A DNA stretch of 64,000 nucleotides from an archaeon (GTDB lineage Archaea; Nanobdellota; Nanobdellia; Pacearchaeales; GW2011-AR1): assembly GCA_043821585.1 (NCBI GenBank), contig JBDRCQ010000015.1:2909-66908 (forward strand), written 5' to 3'. A program made the translations under genes and the position numbers. Under the pieces are notes generated by a model. It was given only the letters and a program-made list of their open reading frames with translations, searched no databases and had not been told where the DNA came from. Shown piece by piece: positions 27,937 to 37,801 of the stretch. Every line of letters begins with the position of its first letter. The first letter of the stretch is position 1.

Positions 27937-29463
27937 AACCTGATTGCTGCGATAAGCCCTGATGTGTATTGTGATCCTAGCGTTAGGAATGATGTTAAGA
28001 AACTTGTGAAGAAAGAGGGATATATTGTTGCTGCGGGGAAGGCGAAGCTTGTTGAGTCGGTGTATGCAGATGTTTATCACTTGATGTTAACGAAGGGTGC
28101 GTTGAGTAAGGCTGGATTGAAAGCTCCTGTTGAGCAGCACACGTTGGTTTATGATGCTTTTGCCCAGAGTTTGGAGCCTGTTTATTTCTGGATTCTGGAT
28201 TTTGCTGAGAGCCTTTACGGCGGAGGGGTTGATAAATTAACAGACAACTTTGTTTCTTCGGCAGGGAGCGGCTTTTTTGCGGAGATGCAAGGCCGTGCGA
28301 CTCGAATGCAAGAAGAAGCTATGAAGATGATGCAAACGGCAGGAGTGTTGACTAAATCGGTGATTCAGATTATTTATGATCTTAAGGAATTTAAGTTAAG
28401 GTTGAGGCAGTATGAAGACTATCGCAAGCCTAAGAATCCTGGGATGAAGAATGCGGCGTTGCTTTCATTGAAACAGATTTGGATGGATAATGTTGACATA
28501 AAAAGAGGAAATGGAAGCATTAACGGGCTAGCTCAGAGTTTGGATTTTGTTACGATCAGGGACGCTTTCATGGTTGTAAACTCGTTAGAGAGCTTGAAGA
28601 AGCTGGATTTAAATGATAGAGTAAAAAGAATACTTGAACAGAGGGTTTCGGAGTTCTTTAGGTGGATTGATGAGTCCGAGAGAGAGCTAAATAAACGGTA
28701 CAACATTGAAAAGACTTATCTGAGGAGCCAGGTTAACTCTTTGAAGATTTACTCTAGGTGGGCTAAACCCTATTTTAAGGCCGCTAGACAATTGGAGCAA
28801 AACGCTACGTCTGATGCGAGCGTTGTTAATGCGTTTAATACATCTGTTTTCGAATTGGTTTTGTTGGTAAAGGGGAAGTATGATCCTGCAAAGGATGTCG
28901 CCAATGGGGAGCTGCCAAAGGTTGCTGCATCGGGGAAATTTAGGAAGCAGGTTCCCATTGGGTTGATTGAGTTTAAGTTTAGAAGTATTCCTGATAGGAC
29001 TGACCAAAAAGGGGGCTATTCTTTTAGGGGAAAGGTTAATGTTAAATTTACAGGTCTTGCATTGAATGAAGATGAGCTAAAAACCTTAAAGAAAAAAGTT
29101 GAGGAAGACGACTTTGGGGAGGTTTTTAAGATGGTCGAGGGTGCAACTACCGAAAGCCTTGGTGCTTTGATGGAAGATATAAATGAGTTTTTGGATGATG
29201 CTAGTGAGATCAGGTGGGAAGAAAAGAAAAGTCAGACGAAGGCTAGCGATGATGTGAATCCATTCTCTGCGTTGTTTGACTTTGCTAAAAAGGAAGAGGG
29301 GGGCAAGGATTATGCTGAGGGGCAGATACCTAAAGATAATTTTTGGGAGGCCATCCTTAGATCTCAGGCTATTTTGGATGCGAGATTGAAGTGCAGAAAG
29401 CTTTACGATACTTACAAGAAGGCCCATGGCATGCTTGCATTCCCGCCGACTGTGAAATTATAA
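27919..29463 (+). CDS. hypothetical protein (514 aa), ORFan
   Basis: Long ORF with no recognisable motifs. Both its ends are involved in duplications. Confidence 0.55.
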   Translation: MSVDVKNLIAAISPDVYCDPSVRNDVKKLVKKEGYIVAAGKAKLVESVYADVYHLMLTKGALSKAGLKAPVEQHTLVYDAFAQSLEPVYFWILDFAESLYGGGVDKLTDNFVSSAGSGFFAEMQGRATRMQEEAMKMMQTAGVLTKSVIQIIYDLKEFKLRLRQYEDYRKPKNPGMKNAALLSLKQIWMDNVDIKRGNGSINGLAQSLDFVTIRDAFMVVNSLESLKKLDLNDRVKRILEQRVSEFFRWIDESERELNKRYNIEKTYLRSQVNSLKIYSRWAKPYFKAARQLEQNATSDASVVNAFNTSVFELVLLVKGKYDPAKDVANGELPKVAASGKFRKQVPIGLIEFKFRSIPDRTDQKGGYSFRGKVNVKFTGLALNEDELKTLKKKVEEDDFGEVFKMVEGATTESLGALMEDINEFLDDASEIRWEEKKSQTKASDDVNPFSALFDFAKKEEGGKDYAEGQIPKDNFWEAILRSQAILDARLKCRKLYDTYKKAHGMLAFPPTVKL

Positions 29464-29480
29464 TTTTTCTGAATTTGGCC
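29428..29480 (+). repeat. direct repeat a (last ~12 codons + stop + 20 nt of the 514-aa gene)
   Basis: GTGAAATTATAATTTTTCTGAATTTGGCC is exactly repeated at 29670-29698. The upstream 20 nt are repeated with substitutions. Confidence 0.6.
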
Positions 29481-29649
29481 TTTTCATTAGGTATAGGGGG
29501 ATGGTTTATAGCACGCTGCGCTGTAAGAAACCTTATCAGTTTCTTACCAACTTCCTTTTGCAATACTGCTCAGGGCTGGTTCTTCGCTCATCTGCGCTGC
29601 GAACCTGCTCGCTTTTGGCTGTGCGGTTTCTCGCTAGGATTTGCGAAGA

Positions 29650-29698
29650 TGCCTGCATTTCTTCCTGCGGTGAAATTATAATTTTTCTGAATTTGGCC
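29650..29698 (+). repeat. direct repeat b (degenerate copy of the gene 3' end)
   Basis: Flanks a ~170-bp insert (29481-29649) together with repeat a. Confidence 0.6.
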
Positions 29699-29746
29699 AT
29701 TACAGGGCCTCTAGTGAAGGTTTAAATATTTGTTTAACATCTGTTT

Positions 29747-30262
29747 TTGGTGGGAAAGATTGTTAAGATTAAAGAGTTGAAGTCGAAGGTTAAGGTTCTT
29801 GGGGAGGTTAAGAAGTCTGAAGGGGATAAGGAAATAGAGAGGTTAACTAAGGGGGAGATTCCTGTTGATGATGCATTCGCAGTTGGTGCTTCGTCTCCCT
29901 TTAGGCTAGATCAGGGACCGCAGAGGGCTGTTGGCAGGGCTGTTCCCAGGCCATCTGTACAGGAAAGGCCGGGTGTTCCAAGAAGAGAGATGACTGGAAG
30001 CGAATTGTATGGTGCTGGAAAGACGATGGGTGGTGCTGCTGGGAAAGCAAGTTATAAGCCTGTTGAGACTATTGGAACTGCGCACTTAAGGACTGTTGGG
30101 GTGGGGAAGGATTTTGCGATGGGAGGTTCTGGGGGAGGAGCTTACGCTGATGCTAATAGGATTGAATCTGGTTTGAGGGATGCTACTTCAGAGAAAAACT
30201 ATTCGACGCAAGTTGAAGCTGGTGCAGGAAAGAAGAGTAAGAAATATGCATGGGATGTTTAA
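29747..30262 (+). CDS. hypothetical protein (Gly/Ala-rich, likely disordered)
   Basis: ORF only. Confidence 0.4.
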   Translation: MVGKIVKIKELKSKVKVLGEVKKSEGDKEIERLTKGEIPVDDAFAVGASSPFRLDQGPQRAVGRAVPRPSVQERPGVPRREMTGSELYGAGKTMGGAAGKASYKPVETIGTAHLRTVGVGKDFAMGGSGGGAYADANRIESGLRDATSEKNYSTQVEAGAGKKSKKYAWDV

Positions 30263-30300
30263 ATGAGGGTTTTAAATAAAATTTATTATTTGTTTAACTC

Positions 30301-30765
30301 ATGAAATGGAAAATTCCCCCAAAGATTAAAGTTCATGAGGCATTAGGCTGCATCGGTGATGGAAGGATTGAAGTGAATGGTAATGAAGCAAGGGTTTTTT
30401 CTTCGAGCAAGGGAAAGTTTTATTCTGTGAAGTATGATGGAAAAAATGCAATTATGTGCAATGATAATGGTTCATATTGGGTTGGTTATTTAGGATATCC
30501 TGCGATTGCATTTTTGATGTTGAAAGGTAAGATTCACTACAATGCAAAACTTGTGGAGGCGTTTAAGGATATTGCTTGGAAAGATGTGAACGTTAAATTC
30601 AAAAACGATTATGAAAAGACCGAATCTTATGTTTTGGATCTGATAAGAAAGAATGGATTTAATTTATCCGAGATTAACTCGGAGATAGATTCTATTTATG
30701 AACAGATTAAGATGTTGGAGATGGATCTTTTTGGGGAAAAAGTTAAACCTCCGTTGGGATATTGA
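30301..30765 (+). CDS. hypothetical protein (154 aa)
   Basis: ORF only. Confidence 0.45.
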   Translation: MKWKIPPKIKVHEALGCIGDGRIEVNGNEARVFSSSKGKFYSVKYDGKNAIMCNDNGSYWVGYLGYPAIAFLMLKGKIHYNAKLVEAFKDIAWKDVNVKFKNDYEKTESYVLDLIRKNGFNLSEINSEIDSIYEQIKMLEMDLFGEKVKPPLGY

Positions 30766-30806
30766 GCTTTAGTAAGGTTTTTAATTTGGTTTTTCCTTAG
30801 TATTCT

Positions 30807-32735
30807 ATGGAAAAAGATGTGAGTTATTCGGAGAATTTTTATGCGGGTGCCGATTATGGCCTAGATGCTAATTATGCTCAGGGATTTTCTTCAGGAGTTT
30901 CCTCATACAGGTATCCTGTTTCTAGTTTTGGTGTGACAACAGATCCCCGAACGGCTAATCAGCTCAAGGCAGTTTCTGATAAGTTAAATACGGGCGCTAA
31001 GAGCATTGAAGTTACAGGAGTTACTGCAGCGACGTGGGAAACTGTTCCTGAGCCTCATCTTGTGGAGATTTATCGTTTGAAGAAGTTGACAGGGTCAGAT
31101 TTAACGTTTCATGGGCCTGTGGTTGAACCGACAGGAGTTAGCAAACAGGGGTGGAATGAATCTCACAGAGAGCAGGCGGAAAGGCAGATGTGGCAAGCCC
31201 TTGAGAGATCTCACAAAATGGATCCCAAGGGAAATATGCTCGTGACTTTTCACTCGAGTAATGGGCTGCCTGATCCGGAGACGAAGGTCATGGAAGAATT
31301 TGTAAATCCCGTTACGGGTAAGAAAGAGAAGAAGGAAGTGATCAAAGAGTTTTGGGTTGTTACTAATGATGGAAGGTTTGAGTCGATGCAGTTGACGCCG
31401 AATATGCTGTTAGAGAAAGATGGGAAGATCGGAAATTTGGACGAGCAAAGAGATACGCTTCAAGCTGCTATCGAGAAGCAAAATAAGGATACTTGGTTTA
31501 ATCAGTTGCAGGGTTGTAGTTTTCATGCATACCAAGGAAGAGATATAGTTGGAAGGGTTTTGAGGGGTGAGAAGATGGATAAGGGCATTAAGGAAAGTAC
31601 CGACGAGAAACAGTGGATGGAACTTTATAAGGGTTATTTGAAGGGAAGAGATGTTAAGGCGGCATTGGACAAGGTTGGTGCGCCATATAAACAGCTTGTT
31701 GAAGGTCAACTGCAGGAATTAGCTCATGGAGACATTTATTTGAGGGATTCTTATCAGGCATTTCAGAGGTTGTATAACCAAGCTTACACTGCGGCTGAGA
31801 AGAGCGGTAAACAAGGCGCAGAGGATCTTGCTAAGTTGAAGCAGTTTAAGAAGGAGATTTCAGAGGTCGTGCCCCACATGGAGGAGCCGGATAAGTTGGA
31901 TGTTTTGGCCGACACAATCGTGAAGGGCGTGAATCTTTTGAGATCTATTGAGGCGCCTCAGAATGTTAGGCCGTTGAGGGATTTTGGAGTCGAAAAGTCT
32001 GCTGAGACTTTTGCTAATATCGCTTATAATTCTTATGACAAATTTAAGAATACTGCTCCGATTGTGAGCATTGAAAATCCTCCAGCAGGGAGCGGATTGT
32101 CTAGGGCGCAGGATTTGAGAGATATCGTTGATGAGGCAAGAAATAAATTGAAAGGAAAGCTTATGAAGGAGAAGAAACTTTCAGAAAGCGATGCTAAGAG
32201 GCAGGCTGAAAAATTGATTGGAGCGACATGGGATGTTGGACATATTAACATGTTGAGGAAGTACGGTTATGGCTCTAAGGAGCTTAAAAAGGAGACTGCG
32301 ATTATTGGTGGAGATATTAACAAGATTCATTTGTCAGATAATTTTGGGATGGAGCATACGGAGCTGCCGATGGGCATGGGCAATGTGCCGACGAAAGAAA
32401 TGTTTCAGGCGATGAGGGAAAAGCTTGGAGACGAAAAGATGAAAAACATGAAGAAAATTATTGAGACAGGTAACTGGTTTGGTCCGCAGGCTTTCGGGAA
32501 CGCTACGCCTTTTGGCGAGTCATTGAAATCATTTGGAAGTCCAGTTTATGCCATGAAGATGTCTCCTTACTGGAACCAGACATATGGTGCTTCAGGGGGC
32601 TACTTTATTGGGCAGGGGCAAACATTGCCTGAACAACACTTTTCGATGTATGGGGCAGGGTTCAGTGGCATGCCTGTAGAGTTGGGTGGGCAAATGTCCG
32701 GACGTTCGCGAGTGGGCGGAACTCCTATGGAGTAA
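30807..32735 (+). CDS. hypothetical protein with a C-terminal xylose-isomerase-like TIM-barrel (AP-endonuclease-2 family) signature
   Basis: ATWDVGHINMLRKYGY ... IHLSDNFGMEHTELPMGMGNVP resembles the metal-binding motifs of the sugar-phosphate isomerase / EndoIV fold. The N-terminal 400 aa is unassigned. Confidence 0.5.
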   Translation: MEKDVSYSENFYAGADYGLDANYAQGFSSGVSSYRYPVSSFGVTTDPRTANQLKAVSDKLNTGAKSIEVTGVTAATWETVPEPHLVEIYRLKKLTGSDLTFHGPVVEPTGVSKQGWNESHREQAERQMWQALERSHKMDPKGNMLVTFHSSNGLPDPETKVMEEFVNPVTGKKEKKEVIKEFWVVTNDGRFESMQLTPNMLLEKDGKIGNLDEQRDTLQAAIEKQNKDTWFNQLQGCSFHAYQGRDIVGRVLRGEKMDKGIKESTDEKQWMELYKGYLKGRDVKAALDKVGAPYKQLVEGQLQELAHGDIYLRDSYQAFQRLYNQAYTAAEKSGKQGAEDLAKLKQFKKEISEVVPHMEEPDKLDVLADTIVKGVNLLRSIEAPQNVRPLRDFGVEKSAETFANIAYNSYDKFKNTAPIVSIENPPAGSGLSRAQDLRDIVDEARNKLKGKLMKEKKLSESDAKRQAEKLIGATWDVGHINMLRKYGYGSKELKKETAIIGGDINKIHLSDNFGMEHTELPMGMGNVPTKEMFQAMREKLGDEKMKNMKKIIETGNWFGPQAFGNATPFGESLKSFGSPVYAMKMSPYWNQTYGASGGYFIGQGQTLPEQHFSMYGAGFSGMPVELGGQMSGRSRVGGTPME

Positions 32736-32794
32736 TTCCCTTAGGAGAACATTTAAAAATAACTTCTACTTATTTTTAGTAGTAAAAAGAGAAG

Positions 32795-33739
32795 ATGGCT
32801 AAGAAGAAGAGTGTGAAAAGGAAGGGTTCTGTTAAGTTGGTTAGGGGAGTTCAGAATGTTAATGAGACAAATGTTAAGAAACCTGTTGTGAAAGCCAAGA
32901 AAGGTGTTGTTAAGGGAAAACCTAAGCAATTGAAGGAGTTGCCTGAGAGGAAACTGACTACTGAGAAGGAGATCGCGATGGACTTCGCGATTAAGGCACA
33001 TAAGAGGTTTGACCGAGTTGTTAAAGCTTCGATTTTGTTCGGATCACAAGTTAAAAATGCTGAAGCAGCCCCAGGTTCAGACATTGATATAATTTTGATT
33101 GTTGATGATGCGGCTATTGCATGGGATATTGAACTTGTTGCATGGTACCGGGAAGAACTATCTAAGTTGATTGCTAACCAAAAGTATGGGGCAGATTTGC
33201 ACATAAATACTGTGAAGTTGACGACTTGGTGGGAGGACCTTTTGCAGGGAGATCCTGTTGTGATTAATGTTTTGAGATATGGGGAGGCTTTGATAGATGA
33301 CGGTTTCTTTAATCCTATGAAAGCTTTGTTGTTAAATGGCAAGGTCAGATCTACTCCAGAGGCAGTGAATGCTGCGTTGCAAAGAGCACCAGGGCATTTG
33401 GCAAGAAGCAGGTTTTCTGAGATGGGCGCTATAGAAGGAGTTTATTGGGCGATGGTTGATTCTGCTCAAGCTGCATTGATGACTGCAGGGAAGATGCCTC
33501 CAAGTCCAGAGCATATCCCTGAAATGTTGAAGGATGTTTTTGTTGATGCAGGCATGTTGAAGGAAGGTTATATTAAGACGCTTGGAGAGCTTTATTTGTT
33601 GCATAAGTCTATTGCACATGGTCAGATTGGCAATATTGATGGTAGGGAAATTGATCAGTGGCAAGATACTGCGGAGAAGTTTTTGGGCGAGATGACAAGG
33701 ATTATTCAGACGTTGTTGGAAGCTCGAGAGCAGAAGTAA
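32795..33739 (+). CDS. nucleotidyltransferase (Pol-beta superfamily, MNT-like) fused to a HEPN-like helical domain, with a Lys-rich N-terminus
   Basis: ILFGSQVKNAEAAPGSDIDIILIVDD is the minimal NTase motif GS..x..SDID. The C-terminal alpha-helical region is typical of the HEPN partner. Confidence 0.6.
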   Translation: MAKKKSVKRKGSVKLVRGVQNVNETNVKKPVVKAKKGVVKGKPKQLKELPERKLTTEKEIAMDFAIKAHKRFDRVVKASILFGSQVKNAEAAPGSDIDIILIVDDAAIAWDIELVAWYREELSKLIANQKYGADLHINTVKLTTWWEDLLQGDPVVINVLRYGEALIDDGFFNPMKALLLNGKVRSTPEAVNAALQRAPGHLARSRFSEMGAIEGVYWAMVDSAQAALMTAGKMPPSPEHIPEMLKDVFVDAGMLKEGYIKTLGELYLLHKSIAHGQIGNIDGREIDQWQDTAEKFLGEMTRIIQTLLEAREQK

Positions 33740-33742
33740 GCC

Positions 33743-35389
33743 TTATTCTTTGTTAAGCCCTTCAAGTGATATCTCTAGGTAAGCTGTAGGCATTTTTATT
33801 CCCCAGGCCCTGAGGGTTTCAGGGTGGAGTTCACCTATTTGGCCGATTGTTTTGTTGTTTATCTTAATTGTGGCAGTTCTCCCTTCGATTAGTTGAGGAT
33901 GGTCAGATTCCTCTAAAGAGTATGTGATGTCGAGAGTCTTGGTTAATCGGTCGAGGATTTGCTTTATTTTTGTGAAGTTGGAAGGCGCTAAGATTATTGA
34001 GATGTTTTCTTTTTCGATAATTCCTGTTTCAGTCTTGTTTCTCTTATCTAATAAGAATACTGTGCCTATCTCAAATAACTCTTGGGGATACTCGTTGTCC
34101 TTGTTTTCTGAGAGGATTCTTAATGAGGGGATTAGGAGGTTTGGACGTAGATATTTGTATTCTGTTTTAGAGCCTTCTAGTTCTATTTTTTTGTCGTCTT
34201 GTAGTTTGAGCATTTCTGCTTCTTGTTTCTTAATGAGGTGATAGGTTGAAATTTCCATTAGGCCTAACCCTGCCAGTATTTCTGAGACTTCGGATTTTAA
34301 TCTTGATTTAATAGACTCTTCTCCTGTTGTTGAAATGTTTGGTACGTCTGGGATAATCTTGCCATACCCGTAAGCGATTGCAATGTCCTCGATTATGTCT
34401 ACTTCATGTAGGATATCTGTTCTCCAGGGCGCAACTTCAACAGTTTTGTTTTTATAATCATAACCCATTTTAGGTATCAATTTTTCTAAATCCTTCTCTT
34501 TTAGGTCAAGGCCAAGTAGATTGTTTGTGTGTTCTATGGAGAGTTTCATCTTTTCTGTTGAAAGAGCGGGAGTGATTATCTTCTTACCGCCGCCCAGGTC
34601 CAGTGTCATTTGATAGATTTTGCCACCCATTTCAGCGAGGGTTGTGACAATTATGTTTAGGGTTTTTTGCAGGGTTTCTAAATGGGATCCAGAACATTCG
34701 ATGAAGACTTCCTTTGTGTCGAGCGTCACCTTTCCAGTGTCGTGGCTGTTGATTATAGGGGGCATTGAAAGGATCTTGTTTTTAGCGTCGATAAATATCG
34801 GAAATTTGTTTTTGCCTTCTAAGAGATGTGCGTAATCTCTTCCTGCAGGGTGTTTGGACAGTATTTGGTTCCCGTCCATTTCTCGCGTTTCTTCAAGTGG
34901 GATGAATTTTATTTTTTCTGGAGGGCGGGCCTCGTATCTGATTGGAAGAGAAATTTTTTCTAAGGGATAAACTCCAATTGCAAGTTTTTTTCTATTTCTC
35001 CCTAAGGTGAAGTGCAGTTTTTCCTGTAGCTCAATTATTTCTTTTATTTTCTCATCTGTTAATTTAAGATTTTTTACAATTGCGCATGCAGTGAAAGGTC
35101 GAACTTCTTTAACAGAGGGGTCTATTTTTACATGGTGATCTTTTTCTGGTTTTTGGACCTTATACTTTTTGATTCCTTTCGATAGACCTAAGAATGCTCT
35201 GAAACTTCTGACATAACCATGCATTGAGATGAGGTCTGGGCGGTTTGGGAAGATTTCTACTTCTATCTCGTCGGAAGTGATTCTTTCTAGAGGCGTTCCG
35301 AATAAAGAGATTTTTTGTTCAACTTCAGAGTTTACCTTTTTGCCTAATGCTTTTTCGAATTCTTTGCGGTTGAATGTTACGTTTGTCAT
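33743..35389 (-). CDS. pheT: phenylalanyl-tRNA synthetase beta subunit (archaeal type)
   Basis: Archaeal PheT N-terminus MTNVTFNRKEFEKALGKK...FPNRPDLISMHG and B3/4 plus catalytic-like domains. 548 aa. Confidence 0.9.
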   Translation of the reverse strand: MTNVTFNRKEFEKALGKKVNSEVEQKISLFGTPLERITSDEIEVEIFPNRPDLISMHGYVRSFRAFLGLSKGIKKYKVQKPEKDHHVKIDPSVKEVRPFTACAIVKNLKLTDEKIKEIIELQEKLHFTLGRNRKKLAIGVYPLEKISLPIRYEARPPEKIKFIPLEETREMDGNQILSKHPAGRDYAHLLEGKNKFPIFIDAKNKILSMPPIINSHDTGKVTLDTKEVFIECSGSHLETLQKTLNIIVTTLAEMGGKIYQMTLDLGGGKKIITPALSTEKMKLSIEHTNNLLGLDLKEKDLEKLIPKMGYDYKNKTVEVAPWRTDILHEVDIIEDIAIAYGYGKIIPDVPNISTTGEESIKSRLKSEVSEILAGLGLMEISTYHLIKKQEAEMLKLQDDKKIELEGSKTEYKYLRPNLLIPSLRILSENKDNEYPQELFEIGTVFLLDKRNKTETGIIEKENISIILAPSNFTKIKQILDRLTKTLDITYSLEESDHPQLIEGRTATIKINNKTIGQIGELHPETLRAWGIKMPTAYLEISLEGLNKE

Positions 35390-35832
35390 TTTGTCCTTAT
35401 TTCTTCAGCGATTTTATTTAATTCTTCGATCGATTTTTCTGGGCCAACTAAGGTTGTGATATATCCTGGATACTCTTCAAAATATTGTCCTTTTGAGAGC
35501 TCTCCGAACTTTTCTGTGTTGACGTTATGCATAGGGTATAATTTTGTGTGAATATGGTTGACACCTTGGCCTTCAAAAACCATTGCCACCCTTTTTACTT
35601 TTAATCCTTTTTCTAGTATCTTGGCTACTTTTTTGGAAGTATTTAGCAACTCGCTGTAGGCCCCTTCTGGTAGGTTGAATACATACGAATCATAATGGCT
35701 TTTTGTTATAACTAATGTCATGCCCTTGGCGTTTGGACAGTTGTCTAAGAATGCAATAAATTTGTCATCCTCGTAAACTATTGCAGATTCTAACTCTTTT
35801 TTTGCTATTTTACAAAATATGCATTCTGTCAT
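35386..35832 (-). CDS. HIT-family hydrolase
   Basis: CIFCKIAK N-terminal motif and GVNHIHTKLYP (histidine triad). 4-nt overlaps with both pheS and pheT. Confidence 0.7.
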   Translation of the reverse strand: MTECIFCKIAKKELESAIVYEDDKFIAFLDNCPNAKGMTLVITKSHYDSYVFNLPEGAYSELLNTSKKVAKILEKGLKVKRVAMVFEGQGVNHIHTKLYPMHNVNTEKFGELSKGQYFEEYPGYITTLVGPEKSIEELNKIAEEIRTK

Positions 35833-37340
35833 CTCAGAATCACCTTCTTGTTTCTTAGATCTTTAAGGTCATTTTCGTATATCTGTCTGAAATCTTTTAT
35901 GTCGTGGATCATCATCATCAACCTGTCGAATCCAGGGCCCCAGGCTAGTACTGGAATTGGCTCGCCTAGTAAAGGCGTTGTGACTTCTGGGCGGAAGATT
36001 CCTGCTGCTAAGACTTCGATCCATTCTTTTTTCCCTTCGTGCCAGACCGCGCCTTCTACGGAAGGTTCGGTGTATGGAAAGTATGCTGGTTGGATTCTTA
36101 TCTTGGTGAAGCCCATCTTTTTAGCGAATTCTTTAAGATAACCGAGAAGATGGCTGAAATTTGCGTTTTTGTCTATGACAATTCCTTCTGTTTGATTGAA
36201 TTCGAATCCGTGGGACCAGTCTATTGTTTCGTTTCTGAAACATTTTCCTATTGAAAAGAACTTTGCTGGGAGGTCTTTGTTAATGTCCAAAGATGCAAGA
36301 GTTTTTGCTGAGAGGCAGGTTGTGTGCGTGCGAAGGACGACTCTTTTTGCGTCTTCTTCTGACCAGTTATATTGCCATCCTTTGCTTCCAGGTGTGCCTT
36401 GTTCGTGGGCTTGTTTGACTTTGTCTACAATCTTTTTTTCGGGAAGTTTTCCCCTTACATCTTTTATGTAGAATGTATCTTGAAGTTCCCTAACTGGATG
36501 GTCTTGAGCTGTGAAGAGTGCGTCGAAGTTCCAGAAGGATGTTTGTGTTAATGTTCCAGACATTTCTTTGAAACCGAGATCAAGCCAGATTCTTTTACCT
36601 TTTTCTATCGCTTTACTTACAAAATGCTTTTTTCCACCGTATAAAATTGGGACTTCTGATTTTATGTCATATTGTCTAAATTTCTTTCCCCTCTTCCAAT
36701 TTTTAACCAATTCAGGAGTTACTTCTTCTATTAGGTCTGTTGTTATGCTCTTGCCAGCAAGTTGTTTTCCTAAATCTGTGAGAGAGAATTCGGTTTTTGT
36801 TTTTTCTTCTATTTCAATTATATCTTTTCTTTTCTTTAGGTTTTGAAGTGCGAATTGTTGTTCGGGTTGTAGGGACGATTCTTCTAATGGCAGGGATTCT
36901 ATTAGGAGTTCTTCAAAACTTCTTTTTGTTAGGTCTTCTTTTGATGCAGTGAGGAAGATTTTTCCGTTCTTCAATTCAATCATTGCCTTGCCCTTTAATA
37001 CGCCCAGTGAGACTTTGAATTCGTTGTCTGATAGTTTTGACGATTTCTTTGCTTCTTCTAGGGGGATCGGTTTCTTATTTTCTAAGAGAAGCAAAAGAGC
37101 CCTTTCAGGCAGGTGGTTTTTCTTGTAGTAAATTCCGTTTGTTCCGAGGGTTATCACTTTTGTCTTTTTTGTGGAGAGATCCAATACTTTTTTTGTTTCA
37201 AGGAACTTTAGCGCTCTAAGCACTGAGGTGTTGTCTAATCCAGATTTTTCCCGGATTTCTCTGACTGAAAGGTTAAGGTGGGGGATTACTTTCCTTTCTA
37301 GCGGGGATAACTTATCAATTACTTTTTGAATGGATTCCAT
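35829..37340 (-). CDS. pheS: phenylalanyl-tRNA synthetase alpha subunit (archaeal type, N-terminal winged-helix domains)
   Basis: Class II motifs: FRNETIDWSHGFEFNQTEG, FDALFTAQDHPVRELQDTFY, GPGFDRLMMM. Confidence 0.9.
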   Translation of the reverse strand: MESIQKVIDKLSPLERKVIPHLNLSVREIREKSGLDNTSVLRALKFLETKKVLDLSTKKTKVITLGTNGIYYKKNHLPERALLLLLENKKPIPLEEAKKSSKLSDNEFKVSLGVLKGKAMIELKNGKIFLTASKEDLTKRSFEELLIESLPLEESSLQPEQQFALQNLKKRKDIIEIEEKTKTEFSLTDLGKQLAGKSITTDLIEEVTPELVKNWKRGKKFRQYDIKSEVPILYGGKKHFVSKAIEKGKRIWLDLGFKEMSGTLTQTSFWNFDALFTAQDHPVRELQDTFYIKDVRGKLPEKKIVDKVKQAHEQGTPGSKGWQYNWSEEDAKRVVLRTHTTCLSAKTLASLDINKDLPAKFFSIGKCFRNETIDWSHGFEFNQTEGIVIDKNANFSHLLGYLKEFAKKMGFTKIRIQPAYFPYTEPSVEGAVWHEGKKEWIEVLAAGIFRPEVTTPLLGEPIPVLAWGPGFDRLMMMIHDIKDFRQIYENDLKDLRNKKVILR

Positions 37341-37362
37341 ACTATGTTTAGGGGAAAAGGGG

Positions 37363-37800
37363 TTAAAAAGTTGTTGCTTCCTTGGCCTGGGAAGTCGAGG
37401 CCCCTAAGGAAATAAGGAGTTCGAAAGTGTCTTTTTTGTCTTTTTGGTTGACTAGGGCCATATGGCATTTGGCTCTTCTACAGGCTTCTACGTTTCGGAT
37501 TATTCTCGCCATTTCAATTGCTTTTTTCTTACGGGGGAGTTTTCTTAATTTATTAAGGTCGATTCCGATTGCAATGCTGTTCTTGGCCGCTATTTTTGCT
37601 AGGACATGATTTAGGCCAGAGTCGAGCTTTCTTAGCTTATCTTTGCCTTCAGTGTTATGAATGTCTAAGAGAATTTGGAACTTTCCGTATTCGAGTATTT
37701 TACGGTTGAATTCTAGGTCTTGTGCTTGGAGGATTATGGGGCGCTTCGCTGTCCGAATTTGGTTTTTTGCTTGCTGGATGTTCTTTGTAGAGATTATCAT
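37363..37800 (-). CDS. rnp3: RNase P protein subunit Rpp30-like, minimal 145-aa form
   Basis: LNHVLAKIAAKNSIAIGIDLNKL and ...FELLISLGASTSQAKEA parallel the Rpp30 C-terminal half ([23 protein letters not shown] ... ISLGVVIGMEIPQAKAS). The N-terminal half of canonical Rpp30 is absent. Confidence 0.5.
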   Translation of the reverse strand: MIISTKNIQQAKNQIRTAKRPIILQAQDLEFNRKILEYGKFQILLDIHNTEGKDKLRKLDSGLNHVLAKIAAKNSIAIGIDLNKLRKLPRKKKAIEMARIIRNVEACRRAKCHMALVNQKDKKDTFELLISLGASTSQAKEATTF

Positions 37801-37801
37801 T

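Noticed and set aside
29391-29725. ORFs 29391-29681 and 29501-29725 (96 and 74 aa) in the 3' duplication/insert
   Set aside because: They read across the repeat copies and the insert, are Cys/Phe-rich low-complexity, and overlap each other. More likely non-coding.
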